Origin: Eledone cirrhosa
Taxonomy: Eukaryota
DNA: 64,000 bases
Direction: 5' to 3'
Assembly (NCBI GenBank): GCA_964016885.1
Contig: OZ024743.1
Coordinates: forward strand, 145,762,001-145,826,000
Shown piece by piece: positions 1-10,624 of the stretch (the stretch's first letter is position 1; each line of letters starts with the position of its first letter). Below the pieces are notes generated by a model, which was given only the letters and a program-made list of their open reading frames with translations, searched no databases and was not told the DNA's origin. The position numbers were made by a program, and so were the translations under genes.

Positions 1-825
1 GTAACACAGTCTTCGTTCAATTTCTGTTTATGTTGTCAATTACGATTTTATTTGATGTATCATATCTACATGTATATATACTTGCGTATAATATCAATAT
101 ACACACTACACATGCTAGCAGAAAACCACCCAAAGGGTGGTTTTTCTGCTAGTTTATATAATGGCTGACCTGGACTGAAGCATACCAACCAGACGTAAAA
201 ACTTTCGAAACTTTCTCTCCGAATAGAAAAATAGGCAGAAAGAGGAAAGAGAGATATAGATAGAGGGAGAAAGTAGGAGAGAGATACAGAAAGAGGAAGA
301 GAGATAAAAAGACAGAAATACAGATAGAAATACAGATAGAAGGGCAAAGAAATAGACAGTCAGAGAGAGGCAGATATGCAGACAGGGAGGGGGAAATCTT
401 ATCTTCGATTATCAAAAACCATAATTTAAATGTTAATGATAATTATTTTTCATAATGAAAATTATTTTTTCAAACTTACCTTTAACTTTGACATTTTTAG
501 AGATCGGAGTAGTGGAGAGTGGCCGAGAGTGAGAAAGAGAATGAGAATGAGATTGGATGAGGTGGGGTTGGGGGAAATAAATAATTTTTATCTTGGATAA
601 AAAGATAAAAATTAATTTGAATGTTAAAAATATTTAAAACATCAAATCCTGTTGGAGATATAACGCTTTTAAAAGAACAGATACGACATTAACATTTTTG
701 TTAAATATTGAACATGTAATCAGTTTTAATTTGAGACATTTTATTGAGAACGGTTTCAGCTGGGAATATCTAGGATGGAAAGAGAAATTGAGCTGGACTG
801 AAATAACCGAAGGAAAATGGTTCAG

Positions 826-1080
826 GTGAAGGCACGTAGCTACGTGGTTAGAGTTGAATTCGCAATCGTGAGGTGGCGCGTTCAATTCTCGGGCCGGGTA
901 ATGCGTTGTATCCTTGAGCAAGACACTTTATATCACGTTGCTCCTTCTGCCAGGGTTGCGACCGGTAGATAGTATCAGCAATGGAAAGACCAATGGAAAC
1001 ATTGTTTTCTTGATCCGATATGGCGAGGTTCACCCCTCTCGGCAAGTGAATGAGGTCTGGATCTTGTCGCTCGATCAGAG
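826..1080 (+). mobile_element. tRNA-derived SINE with CORE-like central domain
   Basis: tRNA-like head (TAGCTACGTGG A box, GTTCAATTCT B box) then TCCTTGAGCAAGACACTTT; homologous copy at 37063-37280. Confidence 0.7.
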
Positions 1081-1696
1081 CGAGTGAAACTACCGATGAA
1101 GTAAAGATTTATTGGGGGTAATTCCGTTCCAGAACCAGATTTTTTTAATTATTTAAAATGCATGAAAACATTTTTAAAAACATTTATTGTGTATGTATGC
1201 GCCTTTTAGTATGTGTGTGTGAATGCGCGTGCGTGTGTGTGTAGGCGCATGCATGTGAGTGTGTGTATGTGTGGGACTCTGAATGGGCATGTGTGTGTGC
1301 GTAGTTGGAATTTTAGCTACATTTGCTCTCCTAAAATTAAATATAGTCACCGTCCGGTAAGAAAGACATATTTTAATGTGAACGATGTGGCACAGGGGTA
1401 CCATAAGACCTGGCGCCGATGTTTGCTATGAAGACAACTATAGCTGTCTCCTCGTAAGAAAAAAAATGTTTTTTTTCTTTGGCGAATTACCCACCTTTAC
1501 GTGTGTAAAGTCGCCGGACCTATGATAACAAATGAACCATGTGTTTTTCATTACAGTCAAACATTGCTGTCTAATAAACGAACAGCAGAAGGCCTCAAAC
1601 AAACATATGTGTGCGTGTGTGTGTCTGTGTGTGCGCGCTCGCCTACCTACATATAAATGATGTCGTAATAAGGACCAGAAGTCTCTCACTACTGTA

Positions 1697-2150
1697 TACA
1701 TACATGATGATGGCTGCAACTCGATTTTGAGTAATGCCATCGCTTGATACTTAAGCATGATCATCACGAACATGGCTTCCTAGTCCTGCTGGAGACTAGC
1801 TCATGGGCAGCAATACCATGCATCGCAAAAAAATGTCACATATCAAGCGATGCCTGCGAATGTATTTGCCCAAAAAGAAAAACTGGGCTACACCATTGGA
1901 TGTAAACGAAGTTGCAGGTTTTATATCAGAGTGACCTTCTCCTAGAGAAATGTCTTAATGAAAACTAGAAGTCTCTCGTTCCACAAAAAAAAATACTTTA
2001 TTGGATGGCCGTTGACTCTCCTGAGTTCCTCCGCTCTTTGACGGATTTTGTTTTTCATCCTGCAGGGTGTTGCCGGTTTAGTCGCTAACGACCCGATCAT
2101 GCACAGGTTTTATTGGGTTACATGTTACCAGTAGCGTTGAAGAGTGACCT
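1697..2150 (-). mobile_element. Older bipartite RTE-derived non-autonomous retroposon with (TATG)n tail
   Basis: Minus strand has the RTE 5'UTR-type motif CTAGGAGAAGGTCACTCTGA and 3' end GAGTTGCAGCCATCATCATGTATGTA; homologous to 35843-36375. Confidence 0.65.
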
Positions 2151-2164
2151 GACATAAACATACA

Positions 2165-3690
2165 TATAAAAAACAGTTGGACCTCATTACACAATTTTCT
2201 GCAGACATCAGAATGAAATTTGGTGAGTCCAAATGTGCATATTTGACAGTAAAACGTGGAAGTGTTGTGCCCTCCTCTGGAAATCTAGAGATGAACAGCT
2301 TGATAATACAACCTCTACAGTCAGATGACAACTACAGATATCTTGGACAGGATGAAAATGTCAGATATGATGGACCCATAAATGAGAGAACCAGAACTAA
2401 ATATCTCAGGATAGTAAAGAAAATATATCAGAACTATCAGTGTGCAACAAATACATTGCCCACAATACTTATACTGTACTAATCCTAACGCCAACATTTG
2501 GTCTGCTGGACTGGTCATTGCAAGAACTAAGTGCGATAGATGTAAGAACTCACAAGCTTCTCAGTGTTACTGGAAACTTTAACATCAATGGGGATGTGGA
2601 TAGGCAAGGAAAGCGGCCGGGGTCTAAAATCCATATTAACATCATACGAGACCCAAATAGTAACACTGAAGCAGTATCTTCAGCAGAAGAAAAGGGTCAT
2701 CAACCATCTTGCCCAGGTCTATGAGCATGAAGAAAATAAAATCATTAGGATAGCCACTGATCTGGATGAGAGATATGGAATAAGGTCTGATATAAATCTC
2801 TCTCCCAGGGAAATTGGAAGATCCTATTCAATGTTCGAAGATAAAAAAAAAATGGACCAATTTACAGAGAAAGTTGTGAATGGGCACCTAAGATGAAAGA
2901 CACAGACCATAGAGGGGATAAATCATTCAAAAATCCTGGCATGGAGTTCCAACAAGCTTATGACATCCCACCTTGAAGGATATCTCTATATAATACAGGA
3001 ACAAGAAATCCCTACCAAATATCTGCTACACAAAAGAGGAGGGCAATCAGTTGACAATAAAAGTAGGCTTTGAAAAACAAAGATCGAGGATGTTAGCCAC
3101 ATTGTTGCCAACTGCGAATGAATGTCGTCTTGCTACTACCTCCCTGTGAGACACGATGTGATAGCTAGAACGATCTGGAGCGCACTTAGGAAAACAAAAT
3201 TAAAAACAAAGTAGGGGGAATATGTTGAGATAGATGGCACTAAAGAATACTGCCACCAAACTAAAGCACAGCCGGCCTGACGTTGTTGTTTGGGACCACA
3301 CATTGAAAACGTGCTCTGTTGAAGGGATCAGCTGCCCACTTGATGTCAACGTTGTAAGAAAAAGGCAAGAGAAGGAGGACATCTATGGACCATTGATGAG
3401 AAGTTTACAAATCCAGTATCCAAGATACACCTTTAGCTTCATACCCATCATTATTGGAGCTACAGGTTATATACCAACCCGCTTGAACCAAAGTATAACT
3501 AAACTTGGATTTGTGGACAAAGAACGCAGCTCCCTAATTCATAGCCTACAAATGGCTGCGATAGCTGGCACCTTCAAAATTTGCAAAACATTCTTGCAAT
3601 TCAAGGGATGATAATTTCTTTTCTTTTTCAACCTTGCCACCAGGAAGGTGGCCAGTCAAAAATGTACTCGAAATTAAAAGAAAGAGAAAC
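2165..3690 (+). pseudogene. 5'-truncated, frameshifted R4/Dong-like RLE retrotransposon, family A
   Basis: ORF pieces MKFGESKCAY...YRYLG, RPDVVVWD...ISCPLD...EKEDIY, GTFKICKTF; homologous to 39381-41009; followed by (CATA)n. Confidence 0.85.
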
Positions 3691-3776
3691 ATACATACAT
3701 ACATACATACATACATACATACATACATACATACATACATACATACATACATACATACATACATACATACATACAT
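3690..3776. repeat. (CATA)n microsatellite, antisense tail of an RTE-type 3' end at 3777-3815
   Basis: Perfect CATA tract followed by GATGGCTGCCCCCTCGTTATCG, which matches the reverse complement of the 3' end at ~34195-34222. Confidence 0.85.
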
Positions 3777-3832
3777 GATGGCTGCCCCCTCGTTATCGAG
3801 TATGGCCATTGCACGAGAAGAAAAAAAAAAAA

Positions 3833-3881
<49 letters not shown>

Positions 3882-3935
3882 TCTACATAATAATGTCTAC
3901 ATAATAATAATGTCTACATAATAATAATGTCTACA
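3833..3935. repeat. (TAA)n followed by four GTCTACA units separated by short TAA runs
   Basis: Directly visible. Confidence 0.9.
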
Positions 3936-4159
3936 TCAACAATTATGGGACTGCTGGCTCACCCCTTCCTCACCAACAATATAAAAAGCCCCGGCACCAC
4001 CACCGACATAGCCAGCAGCAATAACAGCCAACTACAACAAAAAGTATATTATATTATTGTAATGCACTGGGTGATTGCTGGCCTTGTCCCTGGAGTGGAG
4101 ACAATTATTAATAATTTCATTCTTAAGCCACGCAATGCTCACATTAAGGAACCACTCAT

Positions 4160-7100
4160 GATAATAACAATTTAAAAAAAACAACAAAAAGAAAACCCCG
4201 TGACCAAGAAATACCGGGATGGCGGCCGGCGGGGAATAGCCATGTCTCTAGGGGAGAACGACCCCTCTAGTCTTGGTTGACACTCGTTCTAGAAGTGGTA
4301 ACACGAAAAGATTACCCCTTGGCGGATAAGGATAAAACGCGACAAAATAAAGTAGATGTCTAATGATGAAATCTCATACCGGATCGGCCGTCACCCGGGT
4401 AAAAAAGGGCCGCGTCCCTCAGAGAGGAACCAGACTGGGGTCGAAAAATCAGCTAATGGTTCAAACCTTCCCATCACTTCGGAGCTGGAGACCTCCCATA
4501 ACCGGAATACTCCTACTGTTGGCCCTCCATGCTCACCACCAAGAAATCCAAAGAAAAAGAGAGAAAAATGGTCAAGGGAAGATAATAAAGAAGTCCTTGA
4601 GGCTTTCTACACTGCCATGTACTACCCATCAAATACATCGAATACAGAGCAAACATATATCAACTGGAAAAAGAAACATCCCGAAAACAGAGGCTATATT
4701 GACAGTAACAAACTAGCCAATATACGAAGAAATATTGTAAGAAAAAAGTTACTAACTGATATAGAAATTGATCAGATCAAGCTAGTAGCACAAAGTCAGC
4801 GAAGGGAAAATGAAGCATGTGTCAGTGAAAACGAGGTAAACTGTAACACTTCGAATCCCAGAGTTGGGGCGGAATCACTGGCAACAGAACAAATTAAAGA
4901 AAGGAGCGAAAAAGTGGAGGGAGTGCATGCTCAGGATGAAACTCCAAATGAAAATAATGAGATCGTAAATGATAAAGAAATGAATGAGAATGAACTTGCC
5001 AACTTGAAGGATGAAATTATGATCGAATGGATGAAAATGAAAGAATCTGACATGGGGGAACGAGACACCCTCCCTAAGATCCAGAACTCCAAACAGAACC
5101 AAAAGATAATACACAAGACTAACATAATTCTCAAAAACATTATCATCACAAACAAAATAAACATTACTGACTTAAATCATCTCTATTATGCATCGGCTAA
5201 AGTCACCACTCACTTATGTGGAGTGAAGATGAAAAAACAAAGGAATTCCCACAAGAAATCTACTTGGCAAGATAACATCAATCGCCAAATAAACCTTCTC
5301 CGATCTGACATAGAAATTTTAACAAACTATAAAGTAGGTGAACATGTTAAACAAACTAAACTTAGAAAATTGAAAAAAAAGTACAGTATAAGATCAACAT
5401 GTGACATAGACATGCTGATAGAAACAATCAAGCAAAAAATGTCGGCCAAAGCTGCTCGTATAAGGCGCTTTGAAAAACGATCTAGATTCTATAAGGACAA
5501 TAATATGTTCAAAAACAACCAAAGAAACTTCTACAGAAAAATTGGTAAGTCAACAATAACTGCTAAATCAATACCACCCAAGGAGGAAGTGCAAGAATTC
5601 TGGGAAAAGATCTGGGCCGAAGAAAAAGTTCATAACATACATGCCCCATGGATAGACAGACAAATGAAAGAAACAGCTCACCTTGAAGAACAAACATGGG
5701 AAAATATAACAGTTGAACAGCTGCGCTTGGCTCTAAGAAAAACCAGCAAATGGAAATCCTCAGGAAAAGACAAAATACAAAACTTTTGGATAAATGCCTT
5801 CACAGAGTCTCATGAGCTGTTAGCCCAACTTTACAATGAAATAGTTAAGGAGCCAGAAAAGATACCATCATGGCTAGTTAACGGCATTACATTCCTGCTA
5901 CCGAAGAATGATGAGACAAACAATCCCAAAAATTACAGACCGATAACCTGCTTGACCACAATGTATAAAATTTTAACATCAGTCCTAACTGAATACACAT
6001 ATGACCACCTGATAACAAATGACCTATTTCCCATTGAGCAGAAAGGGTGTAAACGAGGCTCATATGGCTGTAAGGATCAGCTTCTGGTTAACAAAATGAT
6101 ACTGGAAGATTGTCATAATAGACACAAAAATCTATCGATTGCTTGGATAGATTATAAAAAAGCATTTGATAGTTTGCCACACAGTTGGATTGAAAAATGT
6201 TTAGAGATTTTCAAAATATCCCCCGTTGTCAGGAGGTTTTTGTCATTCAGTATGAGGACATGGAGAACGACACTCCTTTTGAATAGTGAAACAAAATCAC
6301 TGGAAGCTGGAGAAGTTAACATTAATTGTGGAATTTTTCAGGGTGACTCTTTATCACCGCTTTTATTCTGCATCGCACTTATACCATTAAGTAAAATGCT
6401 CAATGAAACAAAACATGGATATAGAGTCTATGACAAAACCATTAATCACCTGTTCTACATGGATGACCTGAAACTATTTGCAAAAAATGATGAACAATTG
6501 CAAGGGCTATTATCCACTGTGAAGCAGTTCAGTGATGACATTAAAATGGAGTTTGGACTGGATAAATGCACCAAAGCAACGTTCACCAGAGGAAAGCTGC
6601 TGAAGAGTTCAGACATTAATCTTGATCGGAGGAACGTGATAAGAGAGCTTGATCAAGAACAAACTTACAAATATCTAGGTGTTTGTGAAGGAGACGGAAT
6701 CAAGCACTCGACAATGAGGGAAAGGATAAGGAAGGAATGTTACCGCAGAGTCAGAGCAATCTTAAGAACGGAATTGAATGCAAGGAATAGGATCGATGCT
6801 ATAAACACGCTTGCCATACCAGTAGTAACCTACAGTTACAATGTCATCAACTGGTCAAGCACAGAGATCCGTAGGCTCGATACAAAAATCCGAAAATTCT
6901 TAACCATGCACAGAATGCATCACCCTAAGGCAGACATAGATAGAATATATCTCCCTAGGAAAGAAGGAGGACGTGGGTTAATCCAGTTAGACATTGCGTT
7001 GAAAACTGCAACAATTGGATTATCCACATATCTAAGGGAATCACATGATTGGATGATCAAACTCGTTTTGAAACACGAAAGCACCAAAAGATTATATTCC

Positions 7101-8147
7101 ATTACAAAAGATGCACAAAGATATAGTAATGGACTACAAATTTCAGAAGTCCCATTTACTGCTGAAATGGAAAACACAGAAAAAGCAAAGCAGGTAAAAG
7201 TAACTGCAAAGAAAGAACTGCTACAGAAACTGGCTAAGAAATGGCAAGAAAAGCCTCTGTATGGAAAATACCCAGAGCGAGCTAACAATCCTGATGTTGA
7301 CAAAACTTTAACCCATCAGTGGTTGGCATCCTCTGGACTGAAATCGGAGACTGAAGGACTGATTATATCCGCACAAGATCAGTGTCTGCCAACAAAAAAT
7401 TACCAAGCCAACATAATAAAAAATGGGTGCAGCCCATTATGCCGTGTATGCAAAAAACAACCAGAGACCATTGACCATATAATTTCAATGTGCAGTCCTA
7501 TAGCTCCAACCGAATACCTAAACAGGCATGACAGAGCTGCACAATACATACATTGGATAATGTGTAAGCATTTTGACCTGCCCCATCAAAAGAATTGGTG
7601 GGAGCATCAACCACCTCCCATACTTGAAAAAGATCACATCTCAATCTTGTGGAACTTTAGCATCCAAACAGACCGAAAAATAGATGCAAATAGACCTGAT
7701 ATAATATTGAAGGACTTTCAAAGGAGGGTATGCCTGCTAATTGATATGTCTGTTCCAATAGACAAGAATGTATCTATAAAAACATTTGAAAAATTGAGCA
7801 AGTATAAGGACCTGGAGATAGAAATTGGAAAAATGTGGAAATTGAGAACTAAAACAATACCAGTGGTTGTAGGCGCTCTGGGAATGATACCTAAGGGGTC
7901 TAACGACTACTTATCGCAAATCCCAGGAAACCCGCGTATAGGAGAAATACAAAAGATAGTACTAATGGGAACTGCCCATATACTAAGGAAGATCCTGTCA
8001 ATATAAGTACATCACAAGTCTAAACACTAAGGATGCATGTGTGAATATGTGTGTTCTTTCTTGAACATGGCGGACCTTGTTGTCTCTTGAGGTCACTGGT
8101 TGTGACTTGGTGATAACTCGTATAAACATAAAGCAAGATAAATGCAA
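4160..8147 (+). mobile_element. Apparently full-length R4/Dong-clade site-specific non-LTR retrotransposon
   Basis: Structured 5' leader, single long ORF, ~140-nt 3'UTR ending at (TAA)n 8147-8167; 5' boundary approximate. Confidence 0.9.
4356..8006 (+). CDS. Intact 1216-aa reverse transcriptase + CCHC + restriction-like endonuclease (R4/Dong-like)
   Basis: [46 protein letters not shown]...HIISMC, RHD, RPDII...LIDMSV...KLSKYKDL. Confidence 0.95.
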   Translation: MSNDEISYRIGRHPGKKGPRPSERNQTGVEKSANGSNLPITSELETSHNRNTPTVGPPCSPPRNPKKKREKWSREDNKEVLEAFYTAMYYPSNTSNTEQTYINWKKKHPENRGYIDSNKLANIRRNIVRKKLLTDIEIDQIKLVAQSQRRENEACVSENEVNCNTSNPRVGAESLATEQIKERSEKVEGVHAQDETPNENNEIVNDKEMNENELANLKDEIMIEWMKMKESDMGERDTLPKIQNSKQNQKIIHKTNIILKNIIITNKINITDLNHLYYASAKVTTHLCGVKMKKQRNSHKKSTWQDNINRQINLLRSDIEILTNYKVGEHVKQTKLRKLKKKYSIRSTCDIDMLIETIKQKMSAKAARIRRFEKRSRFYKDNNMFKNNQRNFYRKIGKSTITAKSIPPKEEVQEFWEKIWAEEKVHNIHAPWIDRQMKETAHLEEQTWENITVEQLRLALRKTSKWKSSGKDKIQNFWINAFTESHELLAQLYNEIVKEPEKIPSWLVNGITFLLPKNDETNNPKNYRPITCLTTMYKILTSVLTEYTYDHLITNDLFPIEQKGCKRGSYGCKDQLLVNKMILEDCHNRHKNLSIAWIDYKKAFDSLPHSWIEKCLEIFKISPVVRRFLSFSMRTWRTTLLLNSETKSLEAGEVNINCGIFQGDSLSPLLFCIALIPLSKMLNETKHGYRVYDKTINHLFYMDDLKLFAKNDEQLQGLLSTVKQFSDDIKMEFGLDKCTKATFTRGKLLKSSDINLDRRNVIRELDQEQTYKYLGVCEGDGIKHSTMRERIRKECYRRVRAILRTELNARNRIDAINTLAIPVVTYSYNVINWSSTEIRRLDTKIRKFLTMHRMHHPKADIDRIYLPRKEGGRGLIQLDIALKTATIGLSTYLRESHDWMIKLVLKHESTKRLYSITKDAQRYSNGLQISEVPFTAEMENTEKAKQVKVTAKKELLQKLAKKWQEKPLYGKYPERANNPDVDKTLTHQWLASSGLKSETEGLIISAQDQCLPTKNYQANIIKNGCSPLCRVCKKQPETIDHIISMCSPIAPTEYLNRHDRAAQYIHWIMCKHFDLPHQKNWWEHQPPPILEKDHISILWNFSIQTDRKIDANRPDIILKDFQRRVCLLIDMSVPIDKNVSIKTFEKLSKYKDLEIEIGKMWKLRTKTIPVVVGALGMIPKGSNDYLSQIPGNPRIGEIQKIVLMGTAHILRKILSI

Positions 8148-8167
8148 ATAATAATAATAATAATAAT

Positions 8168-10197
8168 AGACCTATCACATGTCTGTCCGTAATGTGGAAA
8201 CTGTTGACGAGCATTGTGTCTGAGGAAATCTACCATCACCTCCACACAAACAACTTGTTACCGGACGAACAGAAAGGATGCCGAAAGAAGTCACGTGGTA
8301 CAAAGGACCAGTTACTTATTGATAAGATGGTAATGGAGAATTGCAGGAGGAGACACACTGATCTTGCCATGGGATGGATAGACTACAGAAAGGCATTTGA
8401 CATGGTGCCTCATTCTTGGATCACCAAAAGCCTGGAGATCTTCAGGGTGGCAGATAACATCAGACAGTTGCTGGGCAGGAGTATGGGATCCTGGGAGACA
8501 GAGTTGATATCAACTGGAGTATCCTTGGGAAGCGTGAAGATCAAGAGAGGTATCTTCCAGGGAGATAGCCTGTCCCCTCTGTTGTTTGTCCTTGCCCTAA
8601 TGCCCTTGACCATTATGCTGCGAAAAGTGAGAGCAGGATACAAGTTGGGAAGGGGAGAACTTACCATCAATCACCTCCTCTTCATGGACGATCTTAAGCT
8701 CTTCGGGAAAAGTGAGAAGGAGTTGGATGTGCTTGTTGACACTGTCCGTATTTTCAGCAGTGATATATGTATGCAGTTTGGTATTGGTAAATGTGGAGTC
8801 ATTGTGATGAGGAGGGGTAGGTTGAGCAGAAGTAGCGGGATCCAGATACCAACAGGTGAGATGATAAAGGAAATTGACTCTGAGGAAGGATACAAGTATT
8901 TGAGCGTTCTGGAGGCTGATGGCATAAAGAACAAAAAAATGAAGGAATTGTTAAGAACTGAATACATTCGGAGAGTAAGGAGCGTATTGAAGTCACATCT
9001 GAACAGCAGAAATGCCATAAGCGCAGTAAATTCCCGAGCTGTGTCTATTATTAGGTACAGTGCGGGAATTCTGAGATGGAATGTTGCTGAACAAAAAGAA
9101 ATGGATAGGAAGACTAGGAAGATATTGACTATCTACAACATGTTCCACAAGAGGAGTGATGTCGATAGACTCTACCTAAGGAGATCTGAGGGTGGAAGAG
9201 GTCTTATCAGCATAGAGGACTGTGTTCAGATGGAGAAAAACAACCTATACAAATACGTGACCTATAGTAAGGAGCCAATGCTCAAAACTGTACTGAAGGA
9301 GAGGACAGTAGGCCAGGGGATGTCCAAGGAGGAAATAACATCAAGGAGGAAGAGCAGCCTTAAGCGAAAATCCCTTCATAGTACCTTCTTTGAGAAAACT
9401 GAATTTAGAGATCCACAGACATGGAACTGGTTGAGAAGAGGAGACCTCAAAAAGGCTACAGAAGGAATGATAATGGCTGCGCAGGAGCAGGCCCTCAAAA
9501 CGAAGTGGTTGAAGCACCATATTTACAAGGAGGAGGCTAGCCCACTGTGCAGGATCTGTGGAGAGAGAGAGGAGACTGTGGCTCACATTGTGTCCGAGTG
9601 TAAACACCTAGCCCAGACCCACTATAAGGGCTGGAGACACGATGTGATGGGCAGGGTGATCCACTGGCACCTGTGCAAAGTAAACAATTTACCACATTCT
9701 GAGAAATGGTATGAGCATAGGCCGGAGGCGGTGATGGAGAACAATCAGGTGAAGGTGCTGTGGGATTTTAGGATACAGACGGACAAAAAACTGGAACACA
9801 ATAGACCTGACCTGGTGGTTGTAGACAAAGAAAAAAGATCGTGTCTGATTGTGGATGTGGCCTGCCCGTTCGACACGAGAGTGCAAGAGAAGGAGAGGGA
9901 GAAAATTAACCGATACCAGGACCTAAAGTGGGAGGTGAAAAGGATTTGGAACTGCCATGAAGTCAAAGTGATCCCGATTGTCATAGGCGCACTGGGGACT
10001 ATCTCCAAAAGTTTCCAGGGATGGTTAAAGAAAATCGGCCCCTTCACGCTTTTTGGAACGCTTCAAAAGGCATGCTTGCTTGGAACAGCAAGAACCCTCC
10101 GATACGTCCTGAATATCTGAGGCTGCAGGTAGTGGCTTGATATTCATTCCAACGGACTTTCCAGTTAACCAACATCAATGACTGAGATTCAAGGAAT
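8168..10197 (+). mobile_element. 5'-truncated R4/Dong-like element of a second family, flanked by (TAA)n on both sides
   Basis: Starts mid-RT at RPITCL straight after (TAA)n; short 3'UTR then (TAA)n at ~10197-10225. Confidence 0.9.
8192..10120 (+). CDS. Uninterrupted but N-terminally truncated RT + RLE ORF (642 aa)
   Basis: [31 protein letters not shown]...[14 protein letters not shown]...DVACPFD...KINRYQDL. Confidence 0.9.
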   Translation: MWKLLTSIVSEEIYHHLHTNNLLPDEQKGCRKKSRGTKDQLLIDKMVMENCRRRHTDLAMGWIDYRKAFDMVPHSWITKSLEIFRVADNIRQLLGRSMGSWETELISTGVSLGSVKIKRGIFQGDSLSPLLFVLALMPLTIMLRKVRAGYKLGRGELTINHLLFMDDLKLFGKSEKELDVLVDTVRIFSSDICMQFGIGKCGVIVMRRGRLSRSSGIQIPTGEMIKEIDSEEGYKYLSVLEADGIKNKKMKELLRTEYIRRVRSVLKSHLNSRNAISAVNSRAVSIIRYSAGILRWNVAEQKEMDRKTRKILTIYNMFHKRSDVDRLYLRRSEGGRGLISIEDCVQMEKNNLYKYVTYSKEPMLKTVLKERTVGQGMSKEEITSRRKSSLKRKSLHSTFFEKTEFRDPQTWNWLRRGDLKKATEGMIMAAQEQALKTKWLKHHIYKEEASPLCRICGEREETVAHIVSECKHLAQTHYKGWRHDVMGRVIHWHLCKVNNLPHSEKWYEHRPEAVMENNQVKVLWDFRIQTDKKLEHNRPDLVVVDKEKRSCLIVDVACPFDTRVQEKEREKINRYQDLKWEVKRIWNCHEVKVIPIVIGALGTISKSFQGWLKKIGPFTLFGTLQKACLLGTARTLRYVLNI

Positions 10198-10200
10198 AAC

Positions 10201-10233
<33 letters not shown>

Positions 10234-10271
10234 AAAAGAAAATAAAAATTTTAAAAAAAAATTTTTTAAAG

Positions 10272-10304
<33 letters not shown>

Positions 10305-10624
10305 CATACACATATACACACACACTCACACACACATATACACACACACATACATTAATAACAATAATAATGATTTCATTTATTGGCCACAAGGGCCGAC
10401 ATATAGGGGACAACACAATAGACAGGGACAGTGGGGGTTTACATAGAGATCGAGTAAGTATAAATAACAAAAAAACAAAATAACAATAAAAATACAACAA
10501 TGAAAGTTCCCCAATAAGAGGGATCACCACCCAGGGTTGACTCAAGCACCCCACCAGTCCTGAGCCACCCGACGCTCCTAGGGCACCCGGGAAGGGCACC
10601 CCTCTCCTTCTCGAATTCACCAGC

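Noticed and set aside
3546-3837. ORFs such as [28 protein letters not shown] here and throughout the window
   Set aside because: Translations of CATA, TA and CA microsatellites
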